Position numbers and translations under genes: made by a program | Notes under the pieces: generated by a model | Told to the model about the DNA's origin: nothing | Seen by the model: the letters and a program-made list of their open reading frames with translations, nothing else | Databases searched by the model: none | Assembly (NCBI GenBank): GCA_963733035.1 | Contig: CAVTBU010000005.1 | Coordinates: forward strand, 1,984,001-2,048,000 | Source: Pirellulales bacterium | GTDB lineage: Bacteria; Planctomycetota; Planctomycetia; Pirellulales; PALSA-1355 | Reading direction: 5' to 3' | DNA: 64,000 nucleotides | Shown: in pieces, positions 52,131 to 63,128 of the stretch | How the letters are laid out: every line of letters starts with the position of its first letter | Numbering within the stretch: the first letter of the stretch is position 1

Positions 52131-53761
52131 ATGCGGCAAGGCGTTTTGGGACTTCGCGCAATCGCTGCGGTTGCCGCACTTCTGGCGGTTTGCGCGCGGC
52201 CGTGCGGCGGGGCCCGACGTGCGGGCGTTATTTCCGGCGGGCGGCCAGCGAGGCACCACGGTTGAAGTCTCCCTGGCGGGCAAACAGGAGCATTGGCCAG
52301 TACAGACTTGGGTCGACGGATCGGGCCTTACGATTTCGGCGTCCGAGGAAAAGGGCAAGCTTTCGATCGCTGTCGCGCCAGACGCAGTGCCAGGGCTCCG
52401 CTGGATTCGCGTGTATGATGCGACCGGGACGAGTCCGCCGCGGCCGTTCGTCGTCGGCACGCTTGGTGAAGTTGTCGAGACCGAAGGCAACAACGCCCCG
52501 CGCACGGCACAAGCCCTCGCTACGTCGAGCGTAATCGTGAACGGAAAGCTAGGAGGAGGAGGCGACGTCGATGTCTTTAGCCTCCCGCTCCTGGATGGGC
52601 AAACGCTTGTGGCCTCCCTGTCCGGCCACGAACTCCTCGGTTCGCCGATGGATGCCGTGCTGCACGTGGTTTCGTCCGCCGGCTATCAACTCGCCTATAA
52701 CCACGACCGTCGCGGACTCGATCCAGAAATTGTCTTCACGGCACCAGCCGCAGGAACCTATTTGCTGCGCGTGTTTGGATTCCCATCCGCGCCGAATTCG
52801 ACAATTGGCTTCTCCGGAAGCGATCGGCACATCTATCGCCTCACAGTGACCACGGGTGGCTTTGTCGACTATCCCTGGCCACTGGCGGTTACACGAGATC
52901 AAGACACCGATGTTGCCTTGGTGGGCTGGAACATCCCTGATTCGCTCGCCACCGTCAAAGTGCAAGCCGAAGCCGAGACGGCTCGAATTGCCGACCCCCA
53001 ATTGGCCAACGTTGCCATGGTTCGCGTCGAATCGCATGCCACGCGGATTGAAACCGAACCAAACGGCCCGGATGTGCCTCAGGCGATCTCGGCGCCACTG
53101 ACGGTCACCGGCCGTATCGCCGACCGCGAAGATACCGACGTCTTTGTGGTCGAGGCCAAGCAGGGGCAACCGCTTGAAATTCAGCTTGAGAGTCGCGAGC
53201 TCGGTTACCCGCTCGATGGTGTGCTGCAAATTGCCGACGAGGCGGGAAAATCAATTACCAAGGTCGATGACGACGGCGGAGGACGCGATCCGAGCACGGT
53301 GTTTTCTCCACCCGCCGACGGCAACTATCGAATTACCGTCAGCGACCTGAACCGCCACGGTAGTCCTCGGCATGTATATCGCCTACGAATTGTTCCGGCG
53401 ACGCCCGCCTATGAGGTGACGGTCGATGCCGATTCCTACACGGTCGAGCCCGATAAACCGGTCGAAATCACACTGTCCATAAGCCGTCAACATGGATTCG
53501 CCGAGGAAATTGCCTTTCGCGTGACAGGGCTTCCCGATTTCATCACCGCCGCTTCGGTGAAATCAGCGCACCGATGGTGACAGCGCTAAGTCGGTCAAGC
53601 TATCGTTGATGAGTACCGGCGGCGCGTTTTCGGGGCCAATTCGCATCGAGGCGAAGGCCAGTGGCGACATGCAAATATTACGTGTCGCGACTGCGGCGAT
53701 TCCCGATCACACGGCACGAATCGCCGAACTTTGGCTCACGGCAACCGAAACGAAAAAGTAG
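52131..53761 (+). CDS. PPC (pre-peptidase C-terminal) domain exported protein; frameshifts near 52200 and 53570
   Basis: Signal peptide from ATG 52131; FPAGGQRGTTVEV, ETEPN, DVDVF, YRL motifs; alternate-frame tail ends 'LWLTATETKK*' at 53761. Confidence 0.75.
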
Positions 53762-53964
53762 GCGTGCCGGGCTCGACGATTCGCACCAGGAGCGAAGCCC
53801 CCATGCAAAGCACATGGCCTGGTCGAGCCCAATTTGGGTGGGATAGTCGACAAGGCGCGACAAATCCACGGCGTCTTGCGGCAGCCGAGCGGGCAATTCC
53901 CAGCCTATAATTCAGTTGGATTGTCTTCCGTTCAATTCAACACTCGCGGAAAAGAGGTCTGACT

Positions 53965-54132
53965 ATGTTGCGCTGGGCTGTCATCTTCCTGCTGATCGCC
54001 TTGGTTGCCGGGGCCCTGGGGATGTTCGGCGTCGAAGGACTGGCAATGCAGATCGCCAGGATCCTGTTCGTCGTGTTCCTGGTGCTCTTCGTCGTGACCC
54101 TGATCACCGGACGGCGGATTCGCATTCCGTAG
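53965..54132 (+). CDS. DUF1328 (UPF0391) small membrane protein, 55 aa, missing from the ORF track
   Basis: [46 protein letters not shown]. Confidence 0.9.
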   Translation: MLRWAVIFLLIALVAGALGMFGVEGLAMQIARILFVVFLVLFVVTLITGRRIRIP

Positions 54133-54175
54133 GGGCGACAAACCGCCTTTGCCATTGCGTACGGATCGCGGGTGC

Positions 54176-54754
54176 TCACGCACCGTGCTGGAGGCGTGCG
54201 ATTCGCGACATCCATTGTCTCACGAGCTTCTCCACATTAGCCGCCAGCGGAAACGTGACTCGCATCGGTACGAATGCTGTCGTTCCATCGGGCACAGGTG
54301 GACCTAAGGGTTGGAATCCAAGCCGCTCGTACATCGGCACTCGTTCGACAACTCCGGAAATGTAGACGTCGTCATAGCGATGACGTGCGTGCAAGAGGGC
54401 CGACCACAGCAATCCCACCATCACTGGTCCCCCGCGATGAGTCGGCTCGACCGCCAGCAACCGCACTTCCAACGGCCGTCGTCCGGGCGTACTCAGAACG
54501 GACGGATCGTCCAGCCGTGCGGCGATCGAGAAGGGGGGACGATCGTGCACGCTGATCATTCCCACGACACGCCGGTCGTCCAGCGCAACAAAGTACGTAT
54601 TCTTGTCGTGGAATTTATCCACGAGCCGGCCGGGGACGGTGGCAATGTGCTGAGGTATCTCTTCGACGAACGTGCGATAGTTTAGCTGGTGAATCTGCTC
54701 GATCTCGTCGTCGGTATCGGCAGGTTTGAACAAATAGCGGCCGACTTGCAACAT
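54176..54754 (-). CDS. GNAT-fold N-acyltransferase
   Basis: EQIHQLNYRTFVEE, LEVRLLAVEPTHRG, MYERLGF; start ATG 54754. Confidence 0.8.
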   Translation of the reverse strand: MLQVGRYLFKPADTDDEIEQIHQLNYRTFVEEIPQHIATVPGRLVDKFHDKNTYFVALDDRRVVGMISVHDRPPFSIAARLDDPSVLSTPGRRPLEVRLLAVEPTHRGGPVMVGLLWSALLHARHRYDDVYISGVVERVPMYERLGFQPLGPPVPDGTTAFVPMRVTFPLAANVEKLVRQWMSRIARLQHGA

Positions 54755-54867
54755 GGCTCGCAACCTCAAACTCGCGAGGGATTCGCGCAGATTATAGTAT
54801 GAGTAGCGTACCGGCGGTAAATTGTCGGAGATCAAACGTAGTCCGTGGCCCGCACAGGAGACGATCC

Positions 54868-55194
54868 ATGACGCTTCCACACGCCGAAAACCGCACGCTC
54901 GAGTTCGAGGGGGGCCAGGCCATTGGCTCAAGCTACCAGTGGCCCGGCGGACAGTATTGCGCCATCCATACGGCGCGTGGTCTAGTTGGATGCGGTATTT
55001 ACGACATCCGCGCGGCCAATGAATTCAATCTGGCCGTGGCCATCGCGCGAGGCACGCCGGCCAAACCACTGCGCAATCCGGAAGACTTATTCGACGCCAA
55101 GATCCTGGAAGTCAGCGAGGCCGCCGAGAAACTCGGCGTTTCGGCGGGCATGACAGGGCGCCAGGCCGTCGAGAAGCTGCTCAACGCGAAGTAA
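54868..55194 (+). CDS. YunC/DUF1805-like protein
   Basis: GLVGCGIYD..AVAIARG..EDLFDAKILEVSEAAEKLGVSAGMTGRQAVE; AGGAG RBS. Confidence 0.8.
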   Translation: MTLPHAENRTLEFEGGQAIGSSYQWPGGQYCAIHTARGLVGCGIYDIRAANEFNLAVAIARGTPAKPLRNPEDLFDAKILEVSEAAEKLGVSAGMTGRQAVEKLLNAK

Positions 55195-55207
55195 ACCCTG
55201 GGTGCTA

Positions 55208-58200
55208 CTACCGCGGCTGACCGCTCGCCGAGGGCGGCAGGGCGTTCATCGCCGGCGGGGTCGACTGCGTGGCGGGGGGCGTGACGATCGGTTTGGCCGG
55301 CGCCTTCGGCTGGTTCGCGTTTGGAATTACGACATTCAATAAGTTCACACCCGTGGTCCGCACGCGATGGTCGGCAAACCAGTATTCAACGAGCGTGGCT
55401 CGATATTCCTGACGCTGTCCGCCGTTTTGATTCTCCATGAACATCTCCGCCGGACTGCCATGGAGCGCGAGTTTATCATTCCGCTCGACATAGGTAAGCT
55501 GCGTTCCTTGGGCGGTAAACCGTTGACTCTCGGCAAAGATGCTGCCCGTCGCGTCGAGTTCGAAGTAACCTCGCTTGGTTCCAGGCGGCCCCGGCATTTG
55601 TCGCACATCCAAGGCATCGGCCTCAAGCGACATGCCCTTGGCGCCTAGTCCTGTCAGGTCCGTATCGTCGAGCTGATCACCCCATCCGGCGACGGGGCCA
55701 TAGATCGTCTTGGTCTGATCAAAGAATTTGACTTCACGACGATTCAAATTGCCCGTCAAGCCTTGGCGGAATTTTACATGGAGATAGGTCAACTCGTCTT
55801 TGTCATCCTCGGCGGGAGGCCTCGGCGGGCGGCTTTTGACCCGGTAAATTGACGGCTTGGGGCGATCCGATTGAGACGTGCTTGACCCAGCCTGGTCCAA
55901 TCCCACCAATGGCTCCGCTGGAGCGGTCGATCGACAAGTCGTTCACTCCCATCTGGCTGAACGATGTTTGCTGTCCCTGCTCGTCGAGTTGCCGTCCCTC
56001 GAGGAAGGTCCAGCCCCGCGTGCGAAGCGCAGCCAGATCGAGTCGCTCGCCGGGAGCCGCCGGACCGACATTTGGGTTTGCAAAGTCGACCGGACGAGTG
56101 AGCGTTGCCTCGAGCGTTTCCGTATTGACCACCTGCTGGGCGCTGCGGGCCACGACCGCGCCAGTGAAGATCGCCGTGTTCGTTTGGAAGTTCATGCCTT
56201 TTTTCCAATCCACCGTCAGCGACTCGGGGCGAGTTAGTGGTTTGCCGTCGAAATCCTGCGTGACGGGAAGCATCAATTGCCCCGGTCCGTTGATCCACAG
56301 GCGATTGGTCTTTTTTTCCAATTCGATCGTCTCGCCCCACAGCGACATTCCCTGGGCCTCGACAAATCCGGGTTGGCCCTTGATCGTGACGTGCGTCGCG
56401 TCGGTGTGAGCATCCGAGACATGTAAGCGATCACCCTTAACCATCAATAGGCGTTTTTTGAGCTCGCCGGTCAAGTTCCACTGCTTAAGCTCAGCATCCT
56501 GTTCGATGATTGCGCTGGCGATTGCGAGCTCATCTCCCCGTGGCACGAGTCGAATTTGAACCGAGCGGCCGGTGACGTCAAATTTGTCGCCAGGACGCTG
56601 CGGCGCCGATTGCGGCTGAGCGTCGCTCCGCACCACGGAACCTGCCGCGCCGGTCTGCGGAGCTGGAGAAGTTGGTTGACGCGCGACGATCACTTCCAGC
56701 AGATTCGTCACGGCGTGCAATTGCGTCGAATCGATCTTCACGTCACCCTGACTCTGCGGGGAGTCGGCGGTCTGGTAGCGGCGTGCGACGACGCGCTCGA
56801 TCTGCCAGGCATCGGAGTTCGGTGCACCGCCAGCGGGCAATTGATGAGCCGCTGGTTTGAACGGACCTTGCTGGGCAACCTGTGGCGGAGCGGGCTTGGG
56901 GCTTTTACTCAGCCAGGCAAAAACTTCGTCGGCCGTGATCTCCCCCATTTGTCCAATGTTGATCGTCGCCGCGCCGCGCAGCGAGGCGCGATAGAGCGAC
57001 CCGTCTGGCACAAATCGCAGTTCACGAGCCCAGCTCGCCTTGTACTTGCCGGCTGGATCATTCGGCAAATTGCCATGGATGACACCCGGGCCAAATGCCG
57101 TCAGCGTACCCGGCTCGTTGCCCACACCAGGCTCGTAGTCGACGCCATGACAGCGGGCATACATGCCTTGCCCGGGAGACCTCATGGTGACCGGGTTTCC
57201 GCGGGCTTCGATCAGCCGCACCTGTTGCGCCGACGCCGGTCGACCGGCGGTCGATAGCGGGGCAGGGGGAGCCGCTACGGTGTCACCCGGGCGGACAAAA
57301 TAGACCGTGAGTAGCTGGCAATTGAGCTGGTCGCTCTCGCCGCTCGGGTTGAGCAGGAACACGTCGACGTCTTGATGGAACGAAGCCGCGTAATCCAGCA
57401 TGTCGAACTCAAACGAGCGGCGACAGGTGATTTCGATCGTGTTTTTGCCAGCTGGCGGTGGCGCGACCGTGCTTTCGGCCTCTGACGAGCCGGCCAGCGG
57501 TCCGGTTCCCATCTCCAAACGCATTTTCACGTCGCGTTTCAATTCCAATGAGCGAACCGTCAGTCCCCGCATGGCTCCCTGAGGAGCTCCCGGCTCGCTC
57601 GACGCAAATTTGATTTCTAAATCGCGCCCACTTCCGCGACTGCGCCCCAAACGAAAATCCACCGGCTCTGGTGTCCAGGCGCGATCGCTAGACATTTGCA
57701 CATTGCGGGTTTTGATCTCTAGATCGTCCCCTTTGCCGGGCACGCTCTCATGCTGAAAGATGCGAATATCTCCTCGCAGAGTTCCCCCCAGAAACCGCCG
57801 CTTCGAAAGATCAACCGTTCGCAACACAATCTTCTCATCAAACTGAATAATCGCACCCTCGAAAGCTCGCATGATGATCGGACGCGTCTGACCTTGGCCA
57901 CCCGCCTTATCGAAGAACATTAACGTGCAAGGATTCAGCTTGACGCTGCCGTCGAGCTGCGGTTCTAGCTTTTCGAAAAGCAGCCGCATTTGACCGCTTT
58001 GCCAGATCGCGGGATCCTTGGCCTCCCAATCGCCTGCCGCAAAATACTGCGACAGTTCGCGCTGTCGCGCCGTTACCGTATCGCGGGCGGCACCGATTCT
58101 CTCTTCTGAAGTGCTATCGGCAACCCGCTCGTCGGCGCTGGGTTCAATGAGCGGCACCGCGATGAACCAGTACAACCAGTAGCAGACCAGCACGACCGCC

Positions 58201-58286
58201 AGGCTCACCAGCGACTGGCCCGTCAGTGCCCAGCGAGAAGGACGACCAATTTGCGCGGGGCTAGTTCCTACCACGGCCTCGGACAT
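55208..58286 (-). CDS. Very large membrane-anchored LptC/LptA(OstA)-like protein (~1,020 aa if rejoined); frameshift near 55820
   Basis: N-terminal TM helix; repeated beta-rich units resembling OstA segments (IEARGNPVTM, ELDATGSIFAE..TAQGTQLTY..LALHGSPA); lies directly after kdsD-kdsC. Confidence 0.6.
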
Positions 58287-58295
58287 CGCGCTCGC

Positions 58296-58820
58296 CTAAG
58301 TCGTCGTGTACTTCTGAACCAGGTCATCCCACCGCCGTTGTGCCTTGAGAATTAGCTCGATCACTTCGCGCACGGCGCCGCTGCCGCCGGGCAGCGTCGT
58401 CGTGTGGTGGGCGGCGGCGCGGGCCTCCATGCAGGCGTCGGCCACGGCCACTCCGAGGCCCACGTGACGGATGACGGGGACGTCAGGCAAGTCGTCACCG
58501 ATGTAACACACCCGAGCCGGATCAAGTCGCAATTGCATGAGAATTTCTTGGGCTACCGGCAATTTGTCTTCGGCAGTCTGCCGTACGATGTCGATGCCCA
58601 ACTCTGCCGCCCGCACCTTTACCACGTGCGAGCTTCGTCCGGTGATCAGTCCGAACTTGTAACCGGCCCGCTGCCAGAGGCGAATTCCCAGCCCGTCGCG
58701 AATGTGAAACTGCTTGGTTTCTATCCCCTGGTTGTTGAAGATGATGTGTCCGGCCGTCAGCACACCGTCGACATCGGCCAGGATTAACTCGATATTGTGA
58801 CAAAGTGCGTCGGTTTTCAT
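58296..58820 (-). CDS. kdsC: KDO 8-phosphate phosphatase (HAD family)
   Basis: DVDGVLT, RDGLG, ITGR, YIGDDLPD, GGSGAVRE; ATGA overlap with kdsD. Confidence 0.92.
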   Translation of the reverse strand: MKTDALCHNIELILADVDGVLTAGHIIFNNQGIETKQFHIRDGLGIRLWQRAGYKFGLITGRSSHVVKVRAAELGIDIVRQTAEDKLPVAQEILMQLRLDPARVCYIGDDLPDVPVIRHVGLGVAVADACMEARAAAHHTTTLPGGSGAVREVIELILKAQRRWDDLVQKYTTT

Positions 58821-59968
58821 GCACATTCCCGCGATCGGGCTCCTCGCGAGGACGACTTGCTTGCGCTGGCGGCCGGCTGTTTGGACCGACCCCGTTTTTT
58901 TCCGGGAAAGGTTCTCAGCTGCGGCGTGTCGCCGGTCGGCTGCGGCAATGACAACCGAGCCTCCGGAAACAGCGACACGACGTCCGTTATATCCAGCATG
59001 CCTACCGGCCGACCACGCCGGTCAATGACTGGCAGTTCGCTGATCTTCCGCTCGGCCATGATCGCCACGGCGTCGAGCATCATCGAGCCCTGCGGCACCG
59101 TGCAGGGCCGAGCGGTCATCACCTCACGAATTGGCCGATCGAGCGACGCGTCGCGCTTGTGTTCAAAAAGTCGGGCCAAGTCACTATCGGTAAACAGTCC
59201 TGCGAGCTTGCCGGCCTTGTTGACCAGCATGATGGCACCGGTCCGGCGGCCGACTTGACCGTGCCCGACAAAAACTTGCCGCACATCATGCCACTGGCCA
59301 GCCACGCGACATAGACCAAGAGGTCGCATGAATTCCTCGACCTTACTCAACTGTCGGCCCAGGCTACCGGCCGGGTGAAAGCGGGCAAAGTCTTCACGAC
59401 GAAAATCGCGCAGCCGGCTGGTTACCAGGGCCAGCGCGTCTCCGCAGGCCAACATCGCCGTGGTGCTCGTGCTGGGCGCCAGGCCGTGCTCGCAGGCTTC
59501 CTGGAGCGGCCCAAGTTCGATGACGATCTGGGCCGCGCGGCCCAGCGTGCTGGAGCGCCGGGAGGTCACGGCAATCATCGTCACACCGAACTCTGTTAGC
59601 GACGGCAATAGCCGCACGACCTCCTCGGTCTCACCGCTCTGCGAAAACAGCACCACGACGTCGTCCGCCCGTATGCGCCCTAAGTCACCATGTACGGCCT
59701 CGGCGGGATGGAGCCAATGGCTACGCGTGCCGGTTGATGCCAGGGTGGCGGCGATCTTTTGGGCAATCAGGCCCGCCTTGCCCATGCCCGAGGTGATCAC
59801 GCTGCCGCGGCAGGCAAATAGGGTCTCGACCGCATGACAGAATTCATGGTCGAGTCGCTCGGCCAAATGTGCAAGTGCGCGGCCCTCGAGCTCGATGATT
59901 TCGCGAGCATAGCGAAGTTGGGCAGCACGATTGGTCGACAGGGTGCTAGCGCGCCGCGGGGTGCTCAT
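58817..59968 (-). CDS. kdsD: Arabinose 5-phosphate isomerase (KpsF/GutQ family, SIS + CBS domains)
   Basis: GMGKAG..KIAATLASTGT, HPAEAVHGDLG, SQSGET, APSTST, FHPAGSLG, CBS pair; start ATG 59968. Confidence 0.92.
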   Translation of the reverse strand: MSTPRRASTLSTNRAAQLRYAREIIELEGRALAHLAERLDHEFCHAVETLFACRGSVITSGMGKAGLIAQKIAATLASTGTRSHWLHPAEAVHGDLGRIRADDVVVLFSQSGETEEVVRLLPSLTEFGVTMIAVTSRRSSTLGRAAQIVIELGPLQEACEHGLAPSTSTTAMLACGDALALVTSRLRDFRREDFARFHPAGSLGRQLSKVEEFMRPLGLCRVAGQWHDVRQVFVGHGQVGRRTGAIMLVNKAGKLAGLFTDSDLARLFEHKRDASLDRPIREVMTARPCTVPQGSMMLDAVAIMAERKISELPVIDRRGRPVGMLDITDVVSLFPEARLSLPQPTGDTPQLRTFPGKKRGRSKQPAASASKSSSRGARSRECA

Positions 59969-60373
59969 GAGGGGCGACCTCTTGGCCAGGGCGGAAGTTA
60001 GTTTCGGGGCGACTTTTTTCGAGACCGCCGGTGGACGGGGGATTGTAGCCACGCCACGAAAACCGGGCAACGCGGAAGCAGGCACGCTTTAAATTGGGAA
60101 GCAGCGATGGTGTGGTTTTGGGCATCCGTGCGATCGTCAGCAGGGATGAACGCGCCCCGCGGCTTTACATCCGGGCGAAAGGAGCACAAGTGCATGCTAG
60201 TATTAGCCAATCTGCTATTCGGCAAGACGCACCCAGTACATCCTGGCTTCTGGCCGATTTCCGCGCCATTTCGTATAATCGCGTGATTCCAGCAAGAACC
60301 TGCCGTTTTCGTGGCCGTCGAGGCGCAGCACCGGCCGCTAGCACTCCGGCCCGATTTTTGGAGACCGACTCAG

Positions 60374-61369
60374 ATGATCGTTACGACCAGCGAGCTGTTT
60401 CAGCAAGCCTATGGCAAATACGCCATCGGTGCTTACAACATCAACAACCTCGAGCAAACCGTGGGACTGTTCCGCGGCAACCTCGGCCTGGTCAAGTCGA
60501 ACGACGACCCGATCGATGCCAGCAAAAGTGCTCCCTTTATCATCCAACTTTCGCGCGGCGCTCGGGGCTACACCGACAAGCGGTTTCTGGAGTCCATGAT
60601 CCGCGCGGCCGAGGAAGTGTTCGAAAAGGCGATCTTTGCCGTGCATCTCGATCACGGCACCGAGGAAGTCTGTTACGATTGCATCGACAGCGGCTTCTAC
60701 TCGTCGGTTATGATCGACGCGTCGCATGAGACGTTCGATGAGAACATCGCCATCACGCACCGCGTGGTCCAGCGGGCCCACGAAAAGGGAATCTCTGTCG
60801 AAGCCGAGCTCGGCATGCTGGGTGGCGTCGAGGAAGACATCGAAGTCGATGCCGACAACGCCTGCTTGACCGATCCCGACCAGGCGGTCGAGTTCGTAGA
60901 GCGAAGCGGTTGCGATTCGCTGGCGGTCGCCATTGGCACTTCGCACGGAGCCTACAAGTTTAGCGGCGGCCAGGGCCTGCACTTCGATCGAATCGCGGCC
61001 ATTCAAAAATTGCTGCCCGGCTTTCCGCTCGTGATGCATGGCTCGAGCAGCGTACCCAAGAATTGGGTTGAGCGGATCAACAAGGCTGGCGGCAAGCTCG
61101 GCGACGCCAGCGGGGTGCCCGAGGATCAATACTTGCCGGCCGCGAAGCTGGGTGTTACGAAGGTGAACATCGACACCGACGGCCGTCTGGTGTGGTGTGC
61201 AATCTATCGCGAGGTGTTTCGCGATAAGCCTGAGGATTTTGATCCCCGCACGGCCGGCAAGCCGTTCATGGCCGCCTACGCCGAATACATCACGCACAAG
61301 AACCAGATGCTCGGTTCGGCCGGTCAACTAGAGACCGTACGTGCAGCGCTGGCCGGGCAGCCCGTCTGA
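60374..61369 (+). CDS. fba: Class II fructose-bisphosphate aldolase
   Basis: HLDHG, SSVMIDAS, VEAELG, GTSHGAYK, VMHGSS, KVNIDTD; TATAAT at 60274. Confidence 0.93.
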   Translation: MIVTTSELFQQAYGKYAIGAYNINNLEQTVGLFRGNLGLVKSNDDPIDASKSAPFIIQLSRGARGYTDKRFLESMIRAAEEVFEKAIFAVHLDHGTEEVCYDCIDSGFYSSVMIDASHETFDENIAITHRVVQRAHEKGISVEAELGMLGGVEEDIEVDADNACLTDPDQAVEFVERSGCDSLAVAIGTSHGAYKFSGGQGLHFDRIAAIQKLLPGFPLVMHGSSSVPKNWVERINKAGGKLGDASGVPEDQYLPAAKLGVTKVNIDTDGRLVWCAIYREVFRDKPEDFDPRTAGKPFMAAYAEYITHKNQMLGSAGQLETVRAALAGQPV

Positions 61370-61424
61370 CCATCCGACTCGATTGGCCGGCGAGTTTCGA
61401 TCGATAGAGGCGCCGCACCCGCGG

Positions 61425-62299
61425 CTATTCTTCGATGTCGTTGGTAATCGACGTGAGATTGTCCTGGGGTGGACCATCGTAAAACGCGGCGTCCGGGGCC
61501 GCCCGCGCGCGCGCACGACCCACAACATCGGGATGGGCTTGTCGCCTCTGGTATCGGTGAAGAAGAGATAGCCGGGGCTTGCACTGCGATCTGGCCTGCT
61601 GGCCATCAAGAACATTTGGCCCGGTGCAAGTTGCGGTTCAACGGCTAAATCTGTAAACACGCGCTTGGGTCGTTCCTGGGTAAACATGATCATTCCGTCG
61701 CTACCGCGCATGCGGTTTTGAAACACGCCGTAGTGCAACTCGGGAACGATCTCCAGCCGGACCCGGCCGTCATTCTCCGGATAGGGTCGCAGAGCCAGGC
61801 GGCACTCGGCCTGGCGGTAGGTTTTGCCGCACACTTCGCCATTCACCGATTCGAGCAGCGACAGTTCTTCGCGCATGTTCGGCAGGGCAAGTTCGGTGCG
61901 CTTGCCGGCCTTCGCTTGCACGACTCGCAAGTTCACGCTCCCGTCGGGGTTGAGCGAAACGGAGTACTTTTGATCTTCCTCCACGGGTCGGTCAGTCAGG
62001 TTTAAGATTTCCGCCAACTCGGTAGGGATGCCCGGACCGATGATTCCCGCACGGAAACCGTTGTCCGCGAGACGGCGTCGCAGGTCAGGTGGTAGCGATT
62101 GTTCGTCAACGAGCTTCCAAAGCTGCGCCAATGCTTCTTCGCCCTGGCGTACCGGCGCCGAAAAGATCTCGAGCGAGACCGTATCGGGCGCAGCGGACAA
62201 CGGTGCCAACGGCAATTTCGACGCGGCATTCGGCTCGACGATGCGGCAACTGCCGCTCATCAATACCACAACCCACAGCAAAATGGCGCGCATCGCCAT
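61425..62299 (-). CDS. Hypothetical lipoprotein; frameshift near 61500
   Basis: Signal peptide with lipobox-like MSGSC; alternate-frame end 'FYDGPPQDNLTSITNDIEE*' avoids the overlap with fba. Confidence 0.6.
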
Positions 62300-62443
62300 A
62301 CGCATGCCGAAATTCCCAGCTGGAACGTTCGAAAGACAAGACCGCGAAGACGCTTCGCCGCGACGTGAGGGGCGTACAGTACCCACCGGGATCGATTTGT
62401 GTCAATGCATGCGCCACTCGCGATGACAGCATCGGCTGCTAGC

Positions 62444-63076
62444 TCAGCCGGCTCGCAGGAGTCGTGGCGTGCGAATCTTCTGGCCAAACACTCGGCCATG
62501 ACGACGTTCGAGTTGCCGGAAGTCGTATTTCAGAAACTCGTAAACTTCCCGCGGCGGATGCAAGCTTTGCCACTTTTGCGTCAACTCACGCATGCGCGCG
62601 TCGTACTGCCTTTGGGAGTGAGTATGGGCGTAGCATCGGCCCGGATGGCGGCGTAGATCTCCATCGAACGTCGGACTGATATGCCACAACTCGTGGACCA
62701 CCGTGGTCAACTTCTCTTCGAGAGAGCGGTCTAAGAAGCGGGGCAAGTAGAAGCTGAGCAGATAGAGCATCTCGCGGCCTGCATCGTTGTAGAGCCGCTC
62801 GACGGTCCAAGTGCCGCCGCGGCGTCGACTAAGAAGCTCACCCCCTTCGAATCGCATCGGTGTGAGAGAGGCATACAGGCCGTGGCGAGAATGGACGCGG
62901 GCCTGGCAGAACCGAATTGCAACGCGATCGATATCGAGATGCGCCAGTTCCGGCAGCCGCTTGGCCAGGTCGGCACAAAGCCATCGCATGTGCAGCGTGA
63001 AATTGAAACCGGCGGCAGCGGGCGGCAAACCATCACGCTTTTGGTCACTCGATCGTTGCGTGGCCATTCGCCACAT
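62444..63076 (-). CDS. Putative zinc metallopeptidase (HExxH)
   Basis: 'EKLTTVVHELWHI' plus downstream His residues. Confidence 0.7.
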   Translation of the reverse strand: MWRMATQRSSDQKRDGLPPAAAGFNFTLHMRWLCADLAKRLPELAHLDIDRVAIRFCQARVHSRHGLYASLTPMRFEGGELLSRRRGGTWTVERLYNDAGREMLYLLSFYLPRFLDRSLEEKLTTVVHELWHISPTFDGDLRRHPGRCYAHTHSQRQYDARMRELTQKWQSLHPPREVYEFLKYDFRQLERRHGRVFGQKIRTPRLLRAG

Positions 63077-63128
63077 CCTTGAGCGAACCTCAGTACACGC
63101 TTCTTTGCTCTGCCCGACGGTTGATGCT

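Noticed and set aside
60117..60140. gcatccgtgcgat as a second copy of the 12137-12278 element
   Set aside because: Only a 12/13-nt match to one hairpin, with no TIRs or other stems
32300..61510. Programmed frameshifting or pseudogenes in the oxdC-like, hemY, PPC, OstA-like and lipoprotein genes
   Set aside because: Isolated indels in GC-rich stretches without evident slippery sites, in otherwise intact genes; long-read consensus error is simpler
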